IMG/VR virus record: IMGVR_UViG_3300005239_000276
Strand: one strand, 5' to 3'
From: an uncultured virus (IMG/VR IMGVR_UViG_3300005239_000276)
Lineage: Duplodnaviria; Heunggongvirae; Uroviricota; Caudoviricetes
DNA: 64,000 bases
Shown: in pieces, positions 51,601 to 63,500 of the stretch
Position numbering within the stretch: the stretch's first letter is position 1
Layout of the letters: each line of letters starts with the position of its first letter
Position numbers and translations under genes: made by a program
The notes under the pieces: model-generated
The model's input: the letters and a program-made list of their open reading frames with translations, nothing else
Told to the model about the DNA's origin: nothing
Databases searched by the model: none

Positions 51601-52989
51601 ATTTGTATATGTTTGAACATCATACAAATATAAATCCCAAGATGTGGATTCATTGGAATATGCAGAATCTGTTAAATTAAATGAATATACTCTTGCTTGT
51701 CCTATTGTAGATATTCCAGATTCTGCTTTAAATTCTGAAACTAGATTGATTTTTTCGTTTTCTTTTAAAGCACCCTCAACATTATTAACTCTTAAAAGAT
51801 TTCCCATTTGAAATGGAATTCTCTGAGAATTTACTGTTTGACTACTTCTTGGTTTCTCAATATCAATTGCATAAGAAGATGGTAATTCTACATCATATCC
51901 AGCAACATAGGCTTTTCCTGGAGATACTTGAACACACATCAAATCATCAGAAGGAACATTTCCTTGTTCTGTCAATTCATTTTCTAAATATAAACCGTCA
52001 CTATCAATTCTATTATTTAAAGAATCAACTAAATTTATATTAAAATCATCTATTAAATAGTGGCCAGATTCATCAAAAGTTCTTTCTGCAAGATAATCTC
52101 TTAAAGGATTGCTAGTATCATTTTTATTTTCTATTATTTTTACTTTTCCATTTACGACTCTAAAAATTTCTACAAAATTAGAATCTGATGTATCATCTAA
52201 TAATTTTTTTACTAGTGGTAATTCTATTTTAAATCTATCTGCACCAGGTGCTGCAAAATTTGTAAATCCTTTTGCATTATCATATAAAGATTCATCTTGT
52301 TTTGCATCTACTATAGACTCATTTACTTGAAATCCTACTTTATATGATGGAGTATTTGTATAATAATCTAATATTATAGTTTGTTTTCTAACATTAGCAA
52401 GTACTCCTCTTAAAAAATATACTCCATTATCAATAGATATTGCAGATCCTACGGAAGTTGCGTTTAATGATATTAAAGAAGCAAATGGAGTTCCTGCAGT
52501 AATTGTAGTATTTCCATATATTACATTATCATTTGCAAATAAACTTTCTCCATCTAGAAATATTGAAGTTACTGAATCAGTTCCGGAACTTAAATATTTT
52601 ACATATATTGTTAAGTTTTCTACAATATCGTTATCTGAAGTAAGTGCAACAAATTGGACAGATGCAGTAACTCCTGATGTTAATCCAGTTATAGTTTTTC
52701 CAATTAAATTATTAATATAAATTGAAATGTCAATTCCAAGATTTGTTGCATTTAATTTTACTGCAGAAAATTGGTTATCATAAGTAAGAGCACCAGGAAG
52801 AACCATTGATCCTTCTTTAAAGCTATAATTTGCTAAAGACTCTACTTGATTCTGTAAAATAGACTGAAGAGTTGTTAATTCTCTAGTTTGAACTGGATAT
52901 CCTGGCTTAAAAAGAACTTTATAAAAATCTTTGTTTTTATCAAAATCGTCATAATATGGACTGATATTTAAGTTTGTTTTTTGTGACAT
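45664..52989 (-). CDS. Large VrlC-like (DUF4815-type) virion structural protein, 2441 aa
   Basis: TNLNISPYYDDF, LFKPGYPVQTRELT, APGADRF, RTFDESG, RYTMRDIG, RFKSGFFVDDF, DPLAQSF, GSLFKSQNGSIW. Confidence 0.88.
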   Translation of the reverse strand: MSQKTNLNISPYYDDFDKNKDFYKVLFKPGYPVQTRELTTLQSILQNQVESLANYSFKEGSMVLPGALTYDNQFSAVKLNATNLGIDISIYINNLIGKTITGLTSGVTASVQFVALTSDNDIVENLTIYVKYLSSGTDSVTSIFLDGESLFANDNVIYGNTTITAGTPFASLISLNATSVGSAISIDNGVYFLRGVLANVRKQTIILDYYTNTPSYKVGFQVNESIVDAKQDESLYDNAKGFTNFAAPGADRFKIELPLVKKLLDDTSDSNFVEIFRVVNGKVKIIENKNDTSNPLRDYLAERTFDESGHYLIDDFNINLVDSLNNRIDSDGLYLENELTEQGNVPSDDLMCVQVSPGKAYVAGYDVELPSSYAIDIEKPRSSQTVNSQRIPFQMGNLLRVNNVEGALKENEKINLVSEFKAESGISTIGQARVYSFNLTDSAYSNESTSWDLYLYDVQTYTNITFNRSVTASEIPTSSYIQGRSSGASGYIVSSGSTTNLNLSQTSGTFSQGEQLSVNGVDFALTVSNSVVYGIKDIKSVSQSGISGFASFSANSILDTKNFSNGISEVNVSSGTVTSPGKLFSGVDIGDIVQVIEGGNLKYNKIDTISPDLSSFTISGITTVAGVFDGELIGNGNYNAQLKIPELKNNENAFLYAKLLEDDISSVNLSSSELTISQQIVGENTDANGALTFNLSSISGIDNASFELFDQERYSVHYANGGIGTITSDRFSVDLNTNTVTIIGLSTNQSNVVVNTTLNKNNIQSKIKEYQKSAVKIVNLSRLVRSGAATSDSINDGLTYSPYYGLRVQDDEISLDVPDVSEVIAVYESTNTLDPVLDKIEFSSISNVDSNAIIGEKIIGSDSGAVARVVLNSSSTPSVPVNNIGIVYLNEETFSLGEEVTFSDSNVVSNIKKITTGSYKNITDTFSLDKGQKSQYYDYSRILRTNRSVPERKLLIVYDYYKVPSSDNGDVFTVLSYDSDRFSDDIPTIGTQNDRASDVLDFRPRVQNFDVSTATSSPFAFESRVFNSNSIKYNLKPDESSTIGYSFYLPRIDKVYLDKFGNLIVDKGIPSKDPITPLNGDETLMDLAEITLPAYLYNIQDASISISDNRRYTMRDIGDLEERIESVERLTSLSLLEINTESLRIEDSDGNNRFKSGFFVDDFNDITLSDENLTNATISDGVLRPRIISNSLQLTPIPATEISEDKLDLSENFELLDPNVQKTGNVITLKYTSVGWIEQSLATRVENVNPFNVIEYTGSITLLPSSDNWTRTISLPTLTFHRFYSYRGRWRYSYFGYRYYKKYYRYGYYRYRYYRPYYYYYRRPYYSYYSYYSYYRYGSYYYYPYGRYRYYSRYRRRYLYYYPFFRPITRNIIVSSVAEKYIRSRNVSFFGESFKPFTRHYAFFDSHSNIDIIPKLVEISNSTTLESFGSSNSSFSVGETINVYSANKKIGTFRLASSNHRSGIFNSPDKIYTNNPYFREESIPSSYSQSSKTINIDLVSLSAEAQGNFFGYLKIGAKIVGQSSKAIAYVKDLRLVSDVDGTVFGSFFIKDPYSSPAPNPRILTGKKTFKLTSSKNNVIEIPGSSSNSFGDTTYIAEGTTQSRRTFVTAIRRDPLAQSFTVGKDIQAPNFNGQNDDDNGAYLTAVDIFAANKPTGNEPLIVEIRTVELGTPTLTLLGEPVTLYPEDINISSNGEIATTVTFNYPIFLAPGKEYALVLLAPTSDKYEVWTAKIGEDTVNPNTSGSNRYTKQFAIGSLFKSQNGSIWTPEQESDLKFKLYKAQFTSNTGIAFFGNPPLGESSNYIKILETNAINTFPKAAVIGITTVPTGNSLIDILSPGRKIFGSIEGSSANIISTGCSVSAVSIDNGGENYQGQTDVSTKPIVGNGSGLKLNFSVSGVGTINSVTITDPGFGYAAGDIVSIDNSDGSFTGVGGVITISEIAGIDTLYVTNVQGELGSGKAFEVGIGLSYADTESTIVSLGSTVITRLIEGTGVESGNYLQVNHFNHGMFANNNKLKIYDVESDVSPTILTETLLSTNTTSIQVEDSSIFETFEGFAVDGSNLGYVRIGDEIISYNSVTSNQLSIQSRGVEGVIEDHEINSPISKYEFVGMSLRRINGVTYDISDVIISADQYFIEIDRSSNGLDRSSDSTLPQVSFSSQIQGGGSQIRATENLTYNRLTPKFDINSPGKETSVTGVIRTTTATSIDGSETSFQLLNEVEPISLDGNNELSSFRMICSRVNELNQNAFDNVSGRRSFTSALTLSTTDENLSPIIFLNDSTVEFSSDFLNAPVDNFELSSLVGSPQNDPHAAIYVSNVTTLSKPASSLKVILTAYRPFSSDIRVLYNLVRDDSSEVPQEFELFPGFENLKSSSDGDLEVIDPVLNNGREDIEVPASSDGQFLQYEFTANDLPDFSGFAIKIIMAGTDQSNAPIIRDLRAIAVK

Positions 52990-52994
52990 CTTTT

Positions 52995-54509
52995 TTAGAA
53001 TTCCAGAATAATTTTAACGTCTTCTTTTTGTCTTGAGTCTCTTTGAATTTCAGGTCTGTTGTCGATATATATTATATCTCCTGTCTTTTTATTTATCTCG
53101 GGATTTGCAAGTCCATTTGTAAACTCAACTCCCAAATTAATTAATTTGTCTCCAAGATTTATAGTACTTGTATTATTTAAAGTAGTGTCAACAGTTGCTG
53201 AATTTCCATCAATACTAATTTGACTTGAAGAATTGAAGGGTACAATATTTTTTGCACTAGAAGTTTGGCTTTGATCTACATTATTGCCAAAAGATAGTGA
53301 TCTATCCTGATAATATTTTAGTATTTTAGTTTCAGTATCGAAAGATGCAACATAACCTTCTGCAATTAATCCATTATCTTGATTTTGAGTTACCTTATCT
53401 CCAACATTTATACTTATTGAAGTTGTAATTCCAATAGAATAAAGAGAAGAAAAATTGCCTCCTGTAAAAGTAATTCCAGCCCCTGAGAATGACTCTGGAT
53501 TTTTTATAATTCCAACTTGAGAAAATTTAGTATCTATAGGAAAGTCTTTAGTTGAATCATCAAATCTTGCATATATTAATACTTTATCAGTACCTAATTC
53601 CTTGTAAATGTCATATCCATGTCCTTTAGAAGGTGGAATAATAGGTATTAATTTTGCACCTGTTCCTGAACTGGAATTTAAATTGACAATTCCATAAGTA
53701 TATCCCTTACCTCCAGAAGTAACTACAACACTTGTTATTTCTCCATTAGTTGTTGTTATTGAAACTTCTCCTCCACTTCCATCACCCAAAATAGATGCTG
53801 TAGTATCAACATATCCACTTCCACCACTCTCAATATATACCTTCTTTATTTGATTATTTTGAATATCTGAATTTCCACCATCTCTAATCCTTACAATTTC
53901 ATTATTTAAACTATTTTCCCAATTATTGGGAACAATAAAATATTCTGTAGAGTCAAACTTAATGATATCCGAAGGAGAAATTGTAAAGAGATATTTCCAT
54001 CTATATCCATCAGATCCTACTGTAGGAGGTTCAATGCTAGTATCAACTGGTTTAAATAAAGATCTTGGAACATTAGTAGGATTTTTTCCTGAAGTGCCAT
54101 TCTCTAAGCAGATATAAACTTTAAATTCGTCAGTAATTACATAATAATTGGAATTGTATAGATTGAAAACTTTAGAAGCAGTTGCTTCAGTATATTCACT
54201 ATAGTCATGTCTGTACATGTCATAAGAAGTGTTTGAAATCCAATCAACTCTTTTTACAACTCTTCTAACATTTTCTGAAGTTATTTTTTTTCCAAACAAA
54301 GAAGTATCTCTATAATGAGAAAGATATTGAAAATTATCGATTGGATTATTATTAATACTAGTATTCCAATCGGATGTTCTTCCAAATCCTGGATTTGGAG
54401 TAGTTGGATTTGATAATCCTAAAAAAGCATAATAAGAATTATCATTTATAGACTCTACAAAGGAATTGGCATTCAATATTCTAAATTGATCTGTTACGAA
54501 TGCGGCCAT
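52995..54509 (-). CDS. gp8: Baseplate wedge protein gp8-like
   Basis: TDQFRILNA, YDMYRHDY, VYICLENG, DGYRWKYL, GDIIYIDNR, QKEDVKIILEF; TATAAATA at 54527-54534. Confidence 0.88.
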   Translation of the reverse strand: MAAFVTDQFRILNANSFVESINDNSYYAFLGLSNPTTPNPGFGRTSDWNTSINNNPIDNFQYLSHYRDTSLFGKKITSENVRRVVKRVDWISNTSYDMYRHDYSEYTEATASKVFNLYNSNYYVITDEFKVYICLENGTSGKNPTNVPRSLFKPVDTSIEPPTVGSDGYRWKYLFTISPSDIIKFDSTEYFIVPNNWENSLNNEIVRIRDGGNSDIQNNQIKKVYIESGGSGYVDTTASILGDGSGGEVSITTTNGEITSVVVTSGGKGYTYGIVNLNSSSGTGAKLIPIIPPSKGHGYDIYKELGTDKVLIYARFDDSTKDFPIDTKFSQVGIIKNPESFSGAGITFTGGNFSSLYSIGITTSISINVGDKVTQNQDNGLIAEGYVASFDTETKILKYYQDRSLSFGNNVDQSQTSSAKNIVPFNSSSQISIDGNSATVDTTLNNTSTINLGDKLINLGVEFTNGLANPEINKKTGDIIYIDNRPEIQRDSRQKEDVKIILEF

Positions 54510-54529
54510 ATTAATAGTTTTTTATATAT

Positions 54530-57500
54530 TTATAATACAATCTTAGGAAGTGCTCCAGTTTTTCTAATACCAATACCTCTTCTTTGAATTGTTGGGTATG
54601 TTGATAATCCAGATACTATGTTTCCAGTAACTCCAATTGATATTGGATTTGAAGATCTTGTTCCGCCAGATAATCTACCCCATGAATATTTACCTATAGG
54701 ATTTAATATATTTCCGTTAGTGTTAATTCCAATAATATTAGAGTCTGATTTTACGTTACAAGTAAGAATTCCAATATTATCATTATTAGACCAATCCGAA
54801 ATATAGTAAATATTATCTAAAAATGTTGTTCCAATACCAACAATTGCAGAATCAGAACTATCAATTGATGTTACTCCGTTTCCAATTTGAGTATCATAAA
54901 TGTAAATAGGATATCCTGTAGATATTCCCGAAAAAGATGGGGAATTGGAATCATAAATTTCAAATTTAAGTGCTAATGGGTTTCCACCTGTTCCTGTAGT
55001 TGTTGTAATACCAGTTATAATTCCCGAAAAACCACTAATATTATTGAATCCAGTTATAGATTCAATTGATCCGGATGCTTCAGTTGAAATTCCATTAATA
55101 ACTATAGCGTTAAATGGAAGTGAATCATCACCAAATCCAGGAGTATCAGTTTCATAATTGAATAACTCTGAATTATCAACAAATATTTCAGTATCCGTTG
55201 TTGATATATCCTTTATAATTCTGGATGTTGGGAATATGAGAGGTTCTATTGAATCTCTTGTTTTATAAGTAAACTGTCCATTAATTTTTTTACTTGTTTT
55301 TTGTTTTGTCCAAGAAATTGGTCTGAATTTTACTTCATCAATCCCAAGACCAGAATATTTATCAGTTTCTAGTTTATCTGAAAATTTTATATTATAAATG
55401 ACTCTCTCATCTTGAGTTGAAATATCAGAATATAAATTGCTACTTTTAACTTGAAGAATATCACCAGGTTTTAGAGTTGATGTAACGTCTACAAATTCTG
55501 TATCAATAGAACCAACTCCTTTATAGAAGTAAATATCTACTATATCTTCTGGTTTTGGTGCTTCTGTGAATAATAATGAAGTTCCTCCTTCGAATTGATA
55601 ATTTACTATAGGTTCTTGCAAAATTCCATTTATAAAAATTATAAGTAAATTAGAGATGTTATTTTCAATTTCTGAACCAGATTCAGGTTCAAAACTGGTG
55701 AGTTGCCCATTATAAAATATTGGAAATCTAGTTCTAAAACCATCTTGAAATTGTCTTATAGAATCTAAAAAGTCAAGTTCACCAAATTCCCAACCAGAAA
55801 AACTGTCAGTATAAACATCTTCTACTGTGATAGTAAAATCAGATATTGGTGAAGAAAGGCTAGAATCTGTGACCAATCCAATAGGTTTAAATATATCTCC
55901 TTTTTTAAAATTAAATCCAGATCTTGAGAATTTAAAATCAGTTACTTCAAAGTAAGTTGATCCTATTCCTGTAGATCCTCCAAGTTCAACATCAACTAAT
56001 AAACCGGAACCTGCTTCAGTCGTATTACCGATACCAGATCTAAAGACACCAACTATAGGTAAATTTTTGTAAGATGGATCTGATACAAATATTTTTGGAT
56101 TTGTGTATCCAGTTCCCCCAGATCCTACTGTGAAAGATAAAGTTCCTCCAACACCAATCGATGCTGATATTGAAGCAACATCTCCAACATGCCCTTCTTC
56201 ATAAACACTTATTCCGATTGAAACTAAACCATTATATCCAGATCCAAGATTGTCTGTTGTCCCAAATCCAACAGATACAATAGATCCTCCAGCACCAACA
56301 ACAGATGTTACTGAAGCACCTACAAGAGGAGCAAATCCAAGACCAGGACTAGATCCATATGAAACAATAATACCACCTCTAGGAAGATCATTTAAGTTTA
56401 CATCATAATCTGAAGTTATATACTCCAAAGGATTATTTGGATTTGAAATTCCAGAAAATGTTATAGAAGATATTCCAGAAACTAAATCTTCAGAAATATG
56501 ATAATTGAATACACTTGGATTATTATCCGTTTTTGGTGATTGATAGGAATCATTAACTAAAATAAATCCATTACCACCAATAGTTCCAATTCCTGTAGTA
56601 TTTGCACCACCCACTCTCAGTGAAAATGTTTTACCAATTCCCGTAAATTCATCAGACAAATCATCATAAATTTTATTACTTGAATAGTTAGATTTCAAAA
56701 ATGTCCTACCAGTAAATGATGATCTTGGTGAATATGAATTAAATTCTGTGTCTATATCAATACTTCCCAATGGAGGTTCTGTAAAATAAATTGTGCTATC
56801 TACAATATTAAATGATCCTTTATAAACTCTTGCTACACTAGAATCTAAATGAGTTGATGCTGAAGATCCAACAAATCCTCTATTAACTTCTACCAAGTTT
56901 ATATTTCCATTATTTGTAATTGGTCCTAAATTAGTTGTTCCAAATCCAACATTAATAACTTTCATATACTCATCATCTACTAACAATATATCATTAGGAA
57001 CTATTGTTGATATTCCACTCAATGATATAATGTTGGTATCCAATTCAACTTGACCTCCTACATTTCCAATAAGATCATGTTTTATTTTTGTATATGCTAA
57101 TGGATATTGAATTAAATCATCAATAGTAATAATACACTTAGAACTTCTTTCTTTCATAGTAAATTTATGAGCATTTCCTACTCCTATAGAAGTGAAAGTT
57201 GTGCCAATACCACTTTGTGCATCTGTAAGTGACGTTGCAATTTTAAAAGTGTCTTCAGTTAATTTGATTGCATAAACAGTAGAAGGCAAACCACCACTAG
57301 GAGTGGTGATCGAACTAAATCCAACTCCAAAAAATGTTGAATTTGGGGTGTAAATTAATTCTTCACCTGTCCTAAAGAAGTGATTTTTAATAGTAAATAT
57401 TCCTGTAGTTGCTGCTAATGCTACAGAATTGGGATTAAATTCTTTCGAAAAAATAGGTGTTTCATTATTTTTTAAAATAAAATCTGATTGGATAGGTTTT

Positions 57501-60500
57501 ATTATTTTTTCATCAACCTTTTCAACTATACTTCCATAATTTAAATTTAAATAATCACTAGCAGTGTCTAATTCAGTATATAATTTCTCATTAAATACTT
57601 CAATTTCAATTTGTTCCGTCTTATCTGCATCTGGATAAAATTTAATTGCAGCATTATCTCCAGATATCTCACCACCAAAAGTTCCTATTCCGGAAAAATC
57701 ATTATCGAATGCTGAAAGGAATGGTAGTTGTTTAGTATATACACTAGTTCCATCATGAGCAATAATTATTTGATGAAGTACTTTTGTAGATCCTATACTT
57801 ACTTGAACTAAAGATTTTAATGCATTGAAAGTATTTTTATCGATAGTATCAATAGTAGTTGCTGCTGCAGAAACTGTGGATGTATAATTTGAATCATATA
57901 TTGCACTTCTTTCACTACCATCAAATAATTGTCCAGTAGCTTTAAATCTATAAGTTCCTATTCCAGATGATGTTGTACCAAATCCAACTATTCTTGATTT
58001 TATTTGAATAGAATTTGATGAATTATTTTCATGTGATACAGATAAAATTCCACTATCCAAGTTTGCATAAAAAGTTCCTATTCCACTAGATGAACTTGAC
58101 ATTAATGAAGTATCACTATAATACTCCGATAAGAATGTATCTACACCATTATGAACAATATACAAACGAACATATTCCATTTCACTTGTAACTTTATCAA
58201 TAACTTGAGAATTGATATAAACAGATTCAAAAGAATTTGAATCTAAAGATGCAATTGTAGTAGTCCCAACACCAACACTAGAACTTTCAATAACATCCGA
58301 TTCAATTAAATCTATAAAACCAATAGATTGTCTATCTGTATGAATACCAGTACTTCCAGTATTTTCAAATGTTTTTTTAATTAATTTTATATTATATTTT
58401 GTATCTAAGGAAATCTGATCATTTGGTTTAAATACTAATTTGGCATTTTCAGAAATTTCATCAATCTCTAAATCAAAACTTCCATAAAGATCAATTTCGA
58501 AATTTAAATTTGTAGATCCCGAAGTAGTAATAGATTCATTCTCAGATATAAATGTTCCTTTATCATTACTCAAAATAGTAACATCTGTTAATTGAACTTT
58601 AGTATCATTATCTGATGTTACTCTAAGTAAGAAATTATAATATGTTTCATTTTCTAATTGTTCTATTGCGAAAAAATCTTGATTTTCATCAACAAAACTT
58701 GAAAATTGATCACTAATATCGTCAATTTTTAATACATTTAAAGTATTTTTTAACTCAATAAAATCTGAGAGTATCGTATTTTTAAATTTTAAAAATTTTG
58801 ATTTAGAATCATTAACATCTACGTCTAAAACTTTATCAAAATTATTAATAGTATAAGAATATTTTTTATCAATAATATTTTTTGTAATTGAAATATTATT
58901 GGTAGAAGTAGATAATCCTGCACTAGTATTTTTCTGTATTTGAGTATCAGCAAAGTTTTTTAAACCGCTTATATGAACCAAATTTTCAACTGGAGACTGC
59001 TGATCTTTATATGTTATTGGACTTTTTATGGAATAAGATAAATTTTGATAATAGTTGTTATCAGCAATAACTTGAAAATTTTCACTTAGTTTTCCAGTAT
59101 CATTATCCCAACCAATATTTTTTAAATAAGAATATTTAACATCAAACATTGCATTATTTAAATTTACAGATTCTATAGTTGCAATAGTACCAGAATCCTC
59201 ACCTACTATTATTTCTCCAACTGACAATTCATATAATCCACTAACTTTTAAGTCATTTTTATTGCTTTCAGATACAATTAAATCTCTAATTATTCCATTA
59301 GAAGATAATTTTTCACCAACAAAAAAGTTTAATTCTTCTAGAGAAAAATCGAATAATGGATAATCATTTTTATTAATTATGGAAGAAGTAAAAAATTGAT
59401 CTGTTTGTGCAATTCCAGTATTTGTAGTTATGTCAGAAATATCAATTGTTACTCTATCATTAACTCCAGTATTATCGTAATTACTCACTTTGAAAAATTT
59501 ATATCCATAATCTGATGAATTAAAACCATCACCATCAGAACTATTTTTTATAATTCCTTCTACAAAAACACTATCTCCTATAGAAAAAGGTTGAGAAATA
59601 AAGTTAGATGATCCAAAATTTATTGGTGTAGATATAGTACATGTAAAGATGCCAGAATTTGATGATTCTACTTTTTCAATAGAAATGCCATTACTATTAT
59701 TAATAGAAATTATTTCTACATTTCCATCTGGAACTCCTTTTGGTTTTACAACTACTTCTGTAGAAAAAATTGAGGATTCTAATAATATAGGTTTAATAAA
59801 TCCAGAATTTATTACATTCCCACTAATAGAATCTATAATTATTAAATTCGGTTCAGATATATAACCATTTCCACCATTTATTACAGATATATTATCTATA
59901 GTTTTCGAATTTTTTATTTTAATTGTTGGGGATATATTTGCTTTAGGTCTAAGAGTTGTATCTGAAGAATATATGAAATTATCATTAATAATTCTAGTTT
60001 CCTTTATAGATCCAATTTTACTTGATTTTAAATTTACTTTTAAGTTTTTACCTAAAGAAGAACTTGTAGATTTAATGACTGGAAATTTTTTATATCTTGA
60101 TCCAGAAGATAAGATATTTAAATTTTTGACTGGACCGGATGGTGAAGTTGATGTTGTTGAGTACTCAAGAATATCACATTCTTCCGATGAATAAGAAATT
60201 CTTTCAGGTTTTTTTTGTAGGTTTATATTAAATGTCGTTTCTCCTATTTCACTAATGACATATGAATTGTTATAATCACTATTCACAAAGTCTATTCTAG
60301 AATAATTTTTAGTTTCGATATCAGAAGTAACTAATTCCCCATCTTTCACTAAAGTATAGAACAATTTTTCAGGAATTTGTGTAGTATAGTTTAATGTTAA
60401 AGATGCAGTAGATGTTACTCCTACTGTTCCAACTCCAGATACACTAAAAGTATCTGTGGATCCAGTAGAAACAAATTCATTATTAAATTTCTCATCAGTA

Positions 60501-63500
60501 TAAAGTTTAAATTCATATCCAGATAAAGAAGAATCTGATAAATCAAATACTAAATTATTATTTTTAACTGGTTGTAATTGTGGATTAATTAATGCTATTG
60601 ATTGTAAAGAACCTCCCGTAGAGGCAAAAGATACAACTGTTGGAGGATTTTGTTGTGAATCTAATAAGTTTCGCAAAATTTAATAATATTGTCATTAACT
60701 TTATAAACAAAATATTCATTATATCCACTATCTTCATAAAGAACTTTATCACCAGTCACTAATTCATGATTTGAAATAGTAATTTCATTAGTTACTGTAT
60801 TAATTCCTGTGGAATTGAATCCAACTGGATTAACTACAATATTATTAATTTCCGACTTATAAAGAACACGAACTGCTGTTGAAGTTCCAATACCCACTGA
60901 AAGATTTGGTTGAACATCTAATGTTATCGTATCTCCGTTTTGAAGTTCGTGAGATGTTGATACAGAAACTGTAACTACATTCTTATCAACATCTCCAAGT
61001 ATTTGAACGAAATTGGATTCTAATTTGTATTCATCATCATCATCTCCATTAGTATGAAAAAATAATTCAGGACTAGAAATAGATGTTTTTAATCCAATTA
61101 CATTACTATTTTTACTTACAACAAAAAGATTTGATGGTAGATTAAATGTGGAGGATCCATCTGTAGAAACAGCTACATTTGTCCCATTGGGGGTATAAAT
61201 TATAGATTGATTTGTTTTGAATGGATGATCTTCAATAAAGATACCTTTCGATGGAATTTCTCTCGTTATACTTATATTACCAAATACAAATGATGTGCTA
61301 TATCCAACACCATTTATTGTAGAAATTCCAACAGATTCTCTGGGATTAAAGAAAACTCTATCATTCAGAGAAGATTCAAAATTATCTACAGATTTAGAAA
61401 TTAAAAATGAATCTGGGAAAAACGACACTGCACTTCCAACATTGTGTATAGTTCCAGGAGATCCTCTTCTAACTCTAATAATATCCTGATTCTCAAATAT
61501 TCCAATAACTTTTAAAGTTTCTGTTCCAATTCCAATACTGCTACCAAGAGATAATACATTAGATATTGATATCGGAGAAACATATATTTCTGTGGTAATT
61601 CCAGATGAATTTATAGTAGAAAGACATCTACCCTGCGAATATTCAGGAACTTCTATTTTATGAAATCCGTTTAGTTCTGAAAGGTTTGTTGAAAATCCAG
61701 ATACCAATACATAATCATTATTTGAAAGATTTTGAATAGGTAATATCGATACTCTAACTTTTTCCGAAGACTCCCATGTAAAAATGGAATTTGGATATGA
61801 AGATGAAGATGTATTTAATTCAGTTATGTCTTTTCCTTTAATTGAGGAAACATTTACATTTAATCCACTTCCAGAAGTATTTGTTTCATCAAAATTAATT
61901 ACATCTCCAACTTTATAATCACTACCAGAATTTTCAACTACTAAAGATTCAATTGGACCTGATGTTGCAGATAATACTTCTATAGTTTGGTTTATTGTAT
62001 CATTTGATTGAATAATGAAATCATAATTAGAATTTTTTTCAGATACTCTATATGGAAAAGTATTTCTCAATAAGTTAGAATTTTTAAAGTCAAATGATTG
62101 ATCTAAGTTTGAATCTGAAATTAATTCTGATTTATACTTATTACCAATAAAGTAAGGAAATGTATTATTTGTTGCATGGTATGCATACACACCATTTGGA
62201 AATTCATCATTTACTTCATATCTACCATTATATTCATCCAAATCTCCACTATCATTAAACTCAAAATCTTCTACAAAAAATCCACTAAAAAACCCTGAAG
62301 GTCTATCTTCAACATTTGATACATTAATTCTATATCCAGATTTTAAAGTTTTTACTGGTGAAAACTTATCTTTTGAATCTGAATATCCAAAACTTCCATA
62401 TATGGGATTGCCATCGTAAGACCATCCAATAATTCCAGACAAAGATCCATCTTCTAAAAAACTAGATCTTAATTCGGAAAAATATTTTGATACTGAATAT
62501 TGTAATTTATCTTTACCTTTTAATAAAACCTCTCCTGTATTAAATCTAACTTCATTATCATTAATAGTTAATTTTCTTATATTTGGATCAATTATTAAAC
62601 CATTTCCTGCAGAAATAACTTTAATTATTGTATTAGTTGAAGAATATCCGATTCCCGTGCTAAGAATTTTTACGTCTGTTATTTTTCCTTCATCTATTAT
62701 TGCTCTCAACTCTGCTCCAGATCCATCACCAGAAACAATTAAATCTGGGACTGAAAAATATTCATTATCTGAAAAATTAATAGAAACATCTATAATTTTT
62801 CCATTTACAATTTTTGGTACTATTTCTGCATTATTACCATTTTTTATGGAAATAATTGGTTTCTTGTTAAAGTTTAATATAGTTGAACCGTAACCTGTTC
62901 CAGACTCATAAACATAAGCATCTATAATACTGCCTCTAACTACTGGTGTTGTAATTAATTCCTTATATTCTTGAGTGGTACTTCCAACCCCTACAGGAGT
63001 ATATTTAATTGAAACTGAAATATCTGGATATTTAAAATACTGATAACCAGTACCAGTACTTTCTAATAATTCATATTTTTTTCTTTCATAATTTGAGGTA
63101 ATAGTTCCACCAATCCCAGTATTCGATAATCTAAAAGAATCATTATCAATTTTCATTACTTTATATTGATTATTGGTTGTAATCCCACTTATTTGAGTAT
63201 CATCATAAGAATATTCTATTATCTCTCCATCATTAAATCCATGATTTTTAAAATTGATAGTATTTTTAATAGTAGATATTCCAGATGATTTCACAATCAA
63301 CTTTCTATTAGTATAATTACTTCCACCTTCAATTACTTTTACAAACGCAACTTGTTTTTTTAATGATAATGTACTAAATTTATGATCTCCAAAAGAACCA
63401 GAAAAAATTCCCACAGGATTCACTTTTGATATCTGATCTTCAAGTGAGTTATATAACGTTATAGATTTATTATTATCAACTTGAGCAAAATAAGATGAAT

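Noticed and set aside
60655..60680. Two separate baseplate genes or a programmed frameshift
   Set aside because: Adding one T fuses them seamlessly, and the second ORF has no RBS or convincing start.
613..62893. Numerous short plus-strand ORFs
   Set aside because: All lie antisense to well-supported genes and have no recognisable motifs.
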